Part shown: positions 1-5,429 of the stretch, one piece after another | Position numbering within the stretch: position 1 is the stretch's first letter | Layout: each line of letters starts with the position of its first letter | Origin: a virus | DNA: 12,306 nt | Strand: one strand, 5' to 3' | IMG/VR virus record: IMGVR_UViG_3300029240_000049 | Notes under the pieces: model-generated | Database searches by the model: none | What the model was told of the DNA's origin: nothing | Seen by the model: the letters and a program-made list of their open reading frames with translations, nothing else | Translations under genes and position numbers: made by a program

Positions 1-95
1 GTAACATATCCGTGACTGACGGACACGTGTCTCCCCACGGTGGACACCATGTGTGCGTGAACGGTGGACACCATGTGTGCGTGAACGGTGGACAC
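1..95. repeat. Left inverted terminal repeat (ITR-L)
   Basis: Bases 1-78 are the exact reverse complement of 12229-12306. Identity continues to base 95 with 3 mismatches (positions 79, 85, 86). Contains a perfect 10-bp palindrome GACACGTGTC at 22-31. Confidence 0.97.
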
Positions 96-96
96 C
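37..96. repeat. Tandem 24-bp direct repeat (2.5 copies) inside ITR-L carrying GGTGGACAC motifs
   Basis: ACGGTGGACACCATGTGTGCGTGA at 37-60 is repeated exactly at 61-84, with a partial third copy at 85-96. The GGTGGACAC core lies at 39-47, 63-71 and 87-95, exactly 24 bp apart. Confidence 0.95.
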
Positions 97-121
97 TGGT
101 ACCGGGAACCAGGTACCGGGC
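95..121. repeat. GGTACC-containing direct/palindromic repeat cluster at the inner edge of ITR-L
   Basis: GGTACCGGG occurs at 98-106 and 112-120. CCTGGT (95-100) can pair with ACCAGG (108-113). GGTACC is itself palindromic, so several alternative hairpins or cruciforms are possible. Confidence 0.8.
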
Positions 122-138
122 AATAAGTTAATCTAATG

Positions 139-207
139 TACCACACAATTTTCATATAAATTTCTTATTTATATAAAAACTATTGTTTTATATGAAATTG
201 TGTGGTA
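139..207. repeat. Long AT-rich inverted repeat (candidate operator) spanning the early promoter
   Basis: TACCACACAATTTTCATATA (139-158) matches the reverse complement of TATATGAAATTGTGTGGTA (189-207). The arms are 19/20 nt with a one-T bulge, separated by a 30-nt AT-rich spacer. The right arm overlaps the spacer and -10 region of promoter P1. Confidence 0.8.
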
Positions 208-211
208 TACT
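183..211 (+). promoter_or_regulatory. Candidate early sigma-A-type promoter P1 (extended -10)
   Basis: -35-like TTGTTT (183-188), 17-nt spacer, TG (203-204) + n + TATACT (206-211). Located about 30 nt upstream of the first RBS and ATG (242) in the only sizeable left-end noncoding region. Confidence 0.6.
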
Positions 212-241
212 TAATAAAACAATTTTACAGGAGATGACACA

Positions 242-445
242 ATGGAACGATACAGGATCATTAACGGGCAGCGGTGTGAGTTGCACCACATGGCAACGGC
301 CCGTGGCTACATCAGTCGTAAGGCGGTCGAGGTGGTGGAGGAGTATACCGGAAGGTTTGGCACGGGATACATAGTACGTTATCCCCGTTTTGATACCACC
401 AACTATCATTATGTGGCCTATTATATTAAGGAGGAAAGTAAATGA
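242..445 (+). CDS. Small early protein of unknown function (67 aa)
   Basis: AGGAG at 229-233, about 8 nt upstream of ATG 242. The stop overlaps the next start (ATGA at 442-445). No motif I recognise. First gene after P1. Confidence 0.6.
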   Translation: MERYRIINGQRCELHHMATARGYISRKAVEVVEEYTGRFGTGYIVRYPRFDTTNYHYVAYYIKEESK

Positions 446-657
446 GCGTTGTGAAGTTTGTCGAGGAGCGTAAGACGTTGCAGAGCGTGTTTTTGGAGCT
501 ACATCCTAATGCCCCAAGAGATGCAGCGGGATTGCTGACAGTATGCCCTAACTATTTAGACCCTGGCGTTAGGTGTGTTGATAATGACACCGAAAGAAAA
601 ATTAAGAGTTGTGATGATTGCTGTCGCGCGTTTTGGATGCAGGAGGTAGAGTTATGA
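442..657 (+). CDS. Small Cys-rich early protein (71 aa), possible zinc-binding
   Basis: Strong RBS AAGGAGG upstream of ATG 442. Five Cys in the C-terminal half (CPNYLDPGVRC...SCDDCCRAFW). The stop overlaps the next start (ATGA at 654-657). Confidence 0.65.
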   Translation: MSVVKFVEERKTLQSVFLELHPNAPRDAAGLLTVCPNYLDPGVRCVDNDTERKIKSCDDCCRAFWMQEVEL

Positions 658-1346
658 AAGTTTTAGTTGCTTGTGAAGAAAGTCAGGAGGTGTGCAAGGC
701 ATTCCGTGCGTTAGGGCATGAGGCATATTCTTGCGACGTCCAGGAACCTTCCGGCGGTCACCCCGAATGGCATATTTGCGGAGACGCCCTTAAGGCGATT
801 GAGGGTGGGGTCGTCACCACCATGGACGGGCAGACACATGATGTTAACAGCTGGGATTTGTTGATAGCACATCCTCCATGTACATACTTGACTATTACAG
901 GGAATCGGTGGTTTAATATTGAAAGGTATGGGAGAAAGGCGGTTATTCGGTGGCAGTTGAGGGCAGAGGCGGCAATTTTTTTTATGTCCTTTATAAAATC
1001 CGATGTCCCTAAAATTGCAGTCGAAAATCCTGTCGGATGCATGTCCACATATTATAGAAAGCCTGACTGTATTATACAGCCGTATGAATTTGGACACCAC
1101 GCAAGGAAAAAGACCTGTCTATGGCTAAAGGGGTTGCCCAGTCTCCAGCCAACAAACATTGTCGATGCTGGAGAGATTATGCCCGGTGGGTATAGCGTGG
1201 GGGCTAACGCTGACTGTGCAAGAGATGAGACGGGAAAAATTTTGCGATGGAATGATCCACGAACGGCCAAGGCAAGAAGCAAAACTTTTCCGGGAATTGC
1301 CAAGGCTATGGCCGAACAGTGGGGAGGTGTGAACGATGCCCTATAA
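654..1346 (+). CDS. Divergent DNA (cytosine-5) methyltransferase-like protein
   Basis: Start taken at ATG 654 (GGAGG 643-647) rather than the ORF-track start at 618. HPPCTYL (Cys codon 879-881) resembles C5-MTase motif IV (PC). VENP (1020-1031) resembles motif VI (ENV). The N-terminus MKVLVACEESQ replaces a canonical FxGxG SAM loop. As I recall it, this layout matches a phage-borne family usually annotated as DNA cytosine methylase. Confidence 0.55.
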   Translation: MKVLVACEESQEVCKAFRALGHEAYSCDVQEPSGGHPEWHICGDALKAIEGGVVTTMDGQTHDVNSWDLLIAHPPCTYLTITGNRWFNIERYGRKAVIRWQLRAEAAIFFMSFIKSDVPKIAVENPVGCMSTYYRKPDCIIQPYEFGHHARKKTCLWLKGLPSLQPTNIVDAGEIMPGGYSVGANADCARDETGKILRWNDPRTAKARSKTFPGIAKAMAEQWGGVNDAL

Positions 1347-1860
1347 ACCGTACCGTAATTTTAAGTGGTCAATATCCACTTACTATCCCGGTGCTTTGGC
1401 CGAACGATCCGAAAAAGAGCTGCGGCAAGAATACGCCAGATTACGGGCAGTTGCCCAGAAGTCAATACAGCGTTTAGGTAAAAGCGAGTTTGCCGGTGGT
1501 GTAACATACCGCAATGCTGTGGGGCGGTTTCCGCAGACCAAGAGCATCAAAGACAAGCGTGAATTGGCTATGGCCCTTGTGGACATTTCCAGATTTTTGT
1601 CTGCAAAGGGGTCGTCGGTCAGCGGCCTTAAAGAGATCAGGGCGGAACAGGTCAACACATGGCAGAATCAGTATGGATACGGTTTCGTAAATGCCGCCAA
1701 TTATTCGGCATGGGTGGATTTTCTGGAGGTAATGAAAGATTCTATCGGTTTTGTATATCAGAAAGTCAGGAATCGCCGGTATATGAATACCGCAGATGCA
1801 CAGGCAAGAAAAGCAGATGTTGAACAAAAGTTCCGTGTTTTTATGAAAGAAAGGGGCTGA
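1336..1860 (+). CDS. Candidate terminal protein (174 aa)
   Basis: GGGGAGGTG RBS; the start overlaps the MTase stop by 11 nt. Lies immediately upstream of the polymerase module, as the TP gene does in phi29-type genomes. The basic N-terminal helix EKELRQEYARLRAVAQKSIQRLGK resembles, from memory, the phi29 TP segment DKAEYARLVKNTKAKIARTKKK. The function is inferred. Confidence 0.45.
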   Translation: MPYKPYRNFKWSISTYYPGALAERSEKELRQEYARLRAVAQKSIQRLGKSEFAGGVTYRNAVGRFPQTKSIKDKRELAMALVDISRFLSAKGSSVSGLKEIRAEQVNTWQNQYGYGFVNAANYSAWVDFLEVMKDSIGFVYQKVRNRRYMNTADAQARKADVEQKFRVFMKERG

Positions 1861-1864
1861 TGCT

Positions 1865-1933
1865 ATGTGGTTTTTTCTTGCGATTCTTGGTACTTGTTTG
1901 ATTTTCTACAAATTCGGAAAGGGGGAATGGTGA
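1865..1933 (+). CDS. Hypothetical hydrophobic mini-ORF (22 aa, MWFFLAILGTCLIFYKFGKGEW)
   Basis: Below the ORF-track size cutoff; read manually. AAAGGGG lies about 8 nt upstream of ATG 1865. One predicted TM-like stretch. The stop overlaps the next mini-ORF start. Confidence 0.3.
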   Translation: MWFFLAILGTCLIFYKFGKGEW

Positions 1934-2025
1934 TGATTTACGACACCGCAACTTTTCCCCTTTTCGGAATTTGCCAAAATAAAGCCGGAAAAGCGAAAAT
2001 CAGGCAATCCAGCCAGCCGGAGTGA
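1927..2025 (+). CDS. Hypothetical upstream mini-ORF (32 aa) preceding the polymerase
   Basis: Strong SD AAGGGGGAA directly upstream of ATG 1927 (ATGGTGATGA overlap with the previous stop). It stops at TGA 2023-2025, 10 nt before the polymerase TTG start. It may serve only for translational coupling. Confidence 0.3.
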   Translation: MVMIYDTATFPLFGICQNKAGKAKIRQSSQPE

Positions 2026-2035
2026 AAAGCGGTAT

Positions 2036-3931
2036 TTGGATATCGTTACCGCTTTTGACATTGAAACAAGCAAGCTGCCGGAACAGGATCAAGCTATTAT
2101 GTATATCTGGCAATGGCATTTTGATGGTATTGGTATACTTATAGGCCGAACGTGGCGGGAGCTGCGCATGTTTATAGAACGGTTGGCACGGATCATAGGA
2201 GATGAATATACATTAGTTGTTTTGGTGCATAATCTCTCATATGAGTTTCAATTTCTTCGTACGATCTATGACTTTACTGCTGATGACGTATTTGCATTAG
2301 ACCGCCGCAAAGTGTGTAAATGCACTATGTATGATAAAGCGTTGGAATATCGCTGCACCTATATACATTCCAACATGTCGTTGGCCGCATACACCAAAAA
2401 GTTTAACGTGGAACACCAGAAGCTATCTGGTGATGAGTTTGACTACAAGGTTATACGCTATCCGTGGACACCGCTTACAGATCGTGAGTTGGAATACTGC
2501 TATAATGATGTTATTGGCCTTGTGGAAGCCTATAAAGCGGAAATGGAAATGGACGGCGACAATCTTGCTACAATGCCGCTGACCTCAACAGGCTATGTAC
2601 GGCGAGACGTGAAGCGGGCTATGCGGGTCTGTGGGACAAAGCGTGTATTAGAAGCACAGCCGACTTTGGAAGTGTACCAGCTTTTAAAAGAAGCGTTCCG
2701 GGGTGGTGACACACATGCAAATAGATTTTACACCGGGAAGATCATACCCAATGTGAAAAGCGCGGACAGGTCATCGTCATACCCTGACGTGTTGGTGAAT
2801 TGCAAATTTCCGTTGACAGAGTTTCGCCCGGCAGGTGGATTGACAATCTCGAATCTGATAAAGGCCAAACGTGCGTTTTTGTTCCGGGCAAAATTTACCG
2901 GTTTCCGGCTGCGCGATCCGTACTGGGGTTTTCCGTACATATCGCGGTCAAAGTGTCGTCAGATCATGAATCCCTATGCGGATAACGGTAGAATTTTAAG
3001 TGCTGACTATCTGGAAACAACTTTGACGGACGTTGACTGGAAAATTGTCAAGAAGCAGTACACATGGGATATGGTGGAGGTGACAGACCTGTATTACAGC
3101 AGATATGGATACCTGCCTAATCCGTTGGTTACGACATGCATCGAGTATTACCGCGACAAGACAACGTTGAAAGGCGCACCAGAGGGCAGCTATGAAGCCA
3201 TGCTATATGGCAAGAAAAAAGCTTTGCTAAACAGCATCTATGGCTGCATGGCACAAGATCAATGTAAACAGGGTATCATTTTTGACGGTCAGAATTTTTT
3301 AATAGACGATAAGCCTATTACAGAGCTGCTGGACAAAAACAGTAAAAGAGCGTATCTGTGTTATGCGTGGGGCGTTTGGATAACAGCATGGGCACGGCTG
3401 CGCTTGCAAGAGGGTTTGGAGCTGGCCGGTGATGGTGCTATATATTGTGATACCGATAGCGTTAAGTATGTCGGAGATGTCGACTGGACAGCATACAATA
3501 CAAAGCGTATAAAATCGTCTACAAGGTCAAGCGCTTATGCTGATGATCCAGCCGGTGAACGTCATTACATGGGCGTTTTTGAGTACGAGGGGTCATATGA
3601 TGAGTTTAAGACCCTCGGTGCAAAAAAGTACGCATATACCCAAAACGGGAATTTGCATATAACAATTTCCGGCGTTGAGAAAAGGAAAGGAGCTGACGAG
3701 TTAAAAGCCGCCGGAGGACTTGAAGCCTTTAAGGAGGGCATGGTTTTTATAAAAGGAGGTGGAACCGAAAGCATTTATAATGACGATACCCCATGCAGCA
3801 CGATACAGATAGACGGCCATGATTTGGAAATAGGGCCTAACATCTGCATCAAAGACAGCACATATACCGTTGGTCTGACTGCCGACTATTTAAGAGTGCT
3901 GGAAAAACCTGACAGAATTTATTGTGTTTAG
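2036..3931 (+). CDS. Family B DNA polymerase, protein-primed (phi29 gp2-like) type
   Basis: Exo I DIET (2057-2068), Exo II YCYNDV, motif A DRSSSYP (2765-2785), motif B KALLNSIYG (3218-3244), motif C YCDTDS (3443-3460), KKYAY motif. The context (ITRs, phi29-like virion genes) implies protein priming. The only in-frame start after the upstream stops (1931-1936) is TTG 2036, with a weak or distant SD. Confidence 0.95.
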   Translation: MDIVTAFDIETSKLPEQDQAIMYIWQWHFDGIGILIGRTWRELRMFIERLARIIGDEYTLVVLVHNLSYEFQFLRTIYDFTADDVFALDRRKVCKCTMYDKALEYRCTYIHSNMSLAAYTKKFNVEHQKLSGDEFDYKVIRYPWTPLTDRELEYCYNDVIGLVEAYKAEMEMDGDNLATMPLTSTGYVRRDVKRAMRVCGTKRVLEAQPTLEVYQLLKEAFRGGDTHANRFYTGKIIPNVKSADRSSSYPDVLVNCKFPLTEFRPAGGLTISNLIKAKRAFLFRAKFTGFRLRDPYWGFPYISRSKCRQIMNPYADNGRILSADYLETTLTDVDWKIVKKQYTWDMVEVTDLYYSRYGYLPNPLVTTCIEYYRDKTTLKGAPEGSYEAMLYGKKKALLNSIYGCMAQDQCKQGIIFDGQNFLIDDKPITELLDKNSKRAYLCYAWGVWITAWARLRLQEGLELAGDGAIYCDTDSVKYVGDVDWTAYNTKRIKSSTRSSAYADDPAGERHYMGVFEYEGSYDEFKTLGAKKYAYTQNGNLHITISGVEKRKGADELKAAGGLEAFKEGMVFIKGGGTESIYNDDTPCSTIQIDGHDLEIGPNICIKDSTYTVGLTADYLRVLEKPDRIYCV

Positions 3932-3946
3932 AAAGGGATTATTATC

Positions 3947-4363
3947 ATGAAAAAGAGCACCAAGAGCACCAAGAGCACCAAGAGCACCAAGAGCACCAAG
4001 AGCACCAAGAGCACCAAGAGCACCAAGAGCACCAAGAAGATCAAGCCGATTCGGGTTTCCAGCATGTCCATTATTCGCGCCACGCCGTATGAGGATATGT
4101 ATTTTTTTGACATGATCCTTAACGGTATCAGCATTTACGGCTGTAAGCTGATCGAGGGCGAAAACGGCCGGTTTATCGGGTTCCCGTCCAAGAAGCCTGC
4201 CGAGAAAGGCGGCAAGTGGTATAATCACTGCTGGGCGCCCCTGTCCGAAGACGATACCGCAGAGATCATCGCTGCGGTGCTGGAAGCCTGTGACGAGGAC
4301 GAAGACGTGGACGAAGACGTGGACGAAGACGAGGACGAAGACGACTTACCTTTTAAGGAGTAA
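3947..4363 (+). CDS. Chimeric nucleic-acid-binding protein: basic (KST)x9 N-terminus + SpoVG-like core + acidic SSB-like C-terminal tail
   Basis: The core [62 protein letters not shown] resembles, from memory, SpoVG ([32 protein letters not shown]..P....KIQ.AVL). The C-terminus is about 22 residues that are almost entirely D/E (two V interspersed), ending DDLPFKE. The N-terminus is MK(KST)9KKIKP. Confidence 0.7.
   Translation: MKKSTKSTKSTKSTKSTKSTKSTKSTKSTKKIKPIRVSSMSIIRATPYEDMYFFDMILNGISIYGCKLIEGENGRFIGFPSKKPAEKGGKWYNHCWAPLSEDDTAEIIAAVLEACDEDEDVDEDVDEDEDEDDLPFKE
3953..4033. repeat. Nine perfect tandem copies of a 9-bp unit AAGAGCACC (encodes KST)
   Basis: Units start at 3953, 3962 ... 4025, with no substitutions. 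A partial tenth unit (AAGA) follows. Confidence 0.98.
4292..4345. repeat. Imperfect 12-bp tandem repeat (GACGAAGACGTG-like, about 4.5 copies) encoding the acidic tail
   Basis: GACGAAGACGTG at 4298-4309 and 4310-4321, with variants at 4322-4333 and 4334-4345 and a partial copy at 4292-4297/4300. Confidence 0.85.
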
Positions 4364-4365
4364 CA

Positions 4366-5388
4366 ATGGGACTGTATCTGCATAGCGGCTATGTAGATAT
4401 CCCGTGGGTGCTGTCCGGTCACCTGCCATTTGTAATAATGGTGGGTGGCCGCGGCACCGGTAAGACTTTCGGTGTGCTGGAATATTTCCGGCAATCGGCG
4501 GTTGATACCGGTAAGCGGTTTATCTACCTGCGCCGCCGCCCTGATGAGACGCGAACAACGGGCATACCGGAGTTGTCGCCGTTCAAGAAGCTGGATGAAT
4601 ACCACGGCTACAACACATTAACAAAAAAGATGGGTAAAGACTGCTACGGTTTTATTGATGAGGAGAGACAGCAGCTTATAGGTTATAGCATGGCTTTGTC
4701 TACCTTTGCAGATGTCCGTGGTATTGATGCGTCAGACGTACAGGCAATCATTTTCGACGAGTTCATCCCGGAACGGCACCGCAGGCCGATAAAAGACGAA
4801 GCAGCAGCATTTTTTAATGCTGTGGAGACGGTCAACCGTAACCGTGAGCTGTCCGGCGGACCTCCTGTACAATGTGTACTGCTATCCAATGCTAACTTGA
4901 TGGGCAATCCTATTTTTCTGGAATTGGGTATTGTCGGCAGGGCTGTCAAAATGTATAAATCAAAAACGGAGATTTATAAAGACGCGGAACGCGGTCTGTT
5001 TCTGGCAATCTTGCAGCGCTCCCCTATTTCGGAAAAGAAAAAAAAGGAAACAGCGCTGTATAAGTTGACAGCCGGTACAGGTTTTGCGGCTATGGCCGTT
5101 GACAACGACTTTTCGGAAGAATGCACAAATCCAAGAACGGCGGTGTTGAAAGAGCTGCGGCCAATTTCCAGCGTGGGCGAAATTACTATTTACCGCCACA
5201 AATCGGAAAAATGGCTATATGTCTCGAGCCATAAGTCAGGATCACCGGAGGAATACAGCAGCGGGTCTATTGATCTATCGCGTTTTCGCATACGGTATAG
5301 TTGGCTTGTGTCGGCCTATTTTTACAAGCAGGTATTTTTTGAAGATTTTTTGTCTGAACTGCTATTCAAAAAGTACATGGATTTGTGA
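4366..5388 (+). CDS. DNA encapsidation (packaging) ATPase, phi29 gp16-like
   Basis: Walker A GGRGTGKT (4444-4467) and Walker B IIFDEF. The N-terminal context VIMVGGRGTGKTF...GKRFIYLRRRPDE mirrors, from memory, phi29 gp16 FVIGARGIGKSY...GEQFIYVRRYKPE. At 340 aa it is similar in size to gp16. RBS AAGGAG. Confidence 0.9.
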   Translation: MGLYLHSGYVDIPWVLSGHLPFVIMVGGRGTGKTFGVLEYFRQSAVDTGKRFIYLRRRPDETRTTGIPELSPFKKLDEYHGYNTLTKKMGKDCYGFIDEERQQLIGYSMALSTFADVRGIDASDVQAIIFDEFIPERHRRPIKDEAAAFFNAVETVNRNRELSGGPPVQCVLLSNANLMGNPIFLELGIVGRAVKMYKSKTEIYKDAERGLFLAILQRSPISEKKKKETALYKLTAGTGFAAMAVDNDFSEECTNPRTAVLKELRPISSVGEITIYRHKSEKWLYVSSHKSGSPEEYSSGSIDLSRFRIRYSWLVSAYFYKQVFFEDFLSELLFKKYMDL

Positions 5389-5394
5389 AAAAAA

Positions 5395-5423
5395 TTGACA
5401 AATGTGCATGGCTGGTATACAAT
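5395..5423 (+). promoter_or_regulatory. Near-consensus sigma-A promoter P2 (candidate late promoter)
   Basis: TTGACA (5395-5400), exactly 17-nt spacer, TACAAT (5418-5423). Shares the TGGTATAC string (5413-5420) with P1. Located in the 144-nt gap between the ATPase and holin genes. Confidence 0.75.
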
Positions 5424-5429
5424 AAAGGA

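Noticed and set aside
1-95. ITRs as ends of a transposon, casposon, pipolin or linear plasmid carrying a PolB
   Set aside because: There is no transposase, Cas1 or integrase. The interior encodes a full phi29-type virion and lysis gene set, so phage genome termini are the simplest reading.
37-96. CRISPR-like array (the regular 24-bp repeats here, or the 9-bp repeats at 3953-4033)
   Set aside because: The repeats are directly abutting with no spacers. One set is part of the ITRs and the other is in-frame coding sequence.
183-409. ORF-track entries 183-374 (+) and 188-409 (-) at the left end
   Set aside because: They start inside the AT-rich promoter/operator region, lack RBSs and overlap the RBS-supported 242-445 gene.
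618-653. N-terminal extensions suggested by the ORF track (618 for the MTase-like gene, 10090 for the collar candidate, 10818 for the fibre)
   Set aside because: Each extension lacks an RBS and overlaps the upstream gene. Internal ATGs at 654, 10306 and 10851 have well-spaced GGAGG-type RBSs and give stop/start coupling.
3890-4228. Minus-strand ORFs with GALGAL and LLVLLV repeats (3890-4228 and 3928-4134)
   Set aside because: These are mirror readings of the 9-bp KST repeat. They have no RBS and overlap the well-supported + strand gene, whose downstream part has a recognisable fold signature.
4225-4605. 126-aa minus-strand ORF with a poly-Ser tract
   Set aside because: This is the antisense reading of the GAC/GAA acidic-tail repeats. 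It overlaps two + strand genes with strong starts.
5038-5045. Homopolymer tracts (A8 at 5038-5045 in the ATPase gene, T8 at 976-983 in the MTase-like gene) as phase-variation switches
   Set aside because: The tracts are short, and the A8 simply encodes a Lys run. Without population data there is no support for slippage-based switching in an essential packaging gene.
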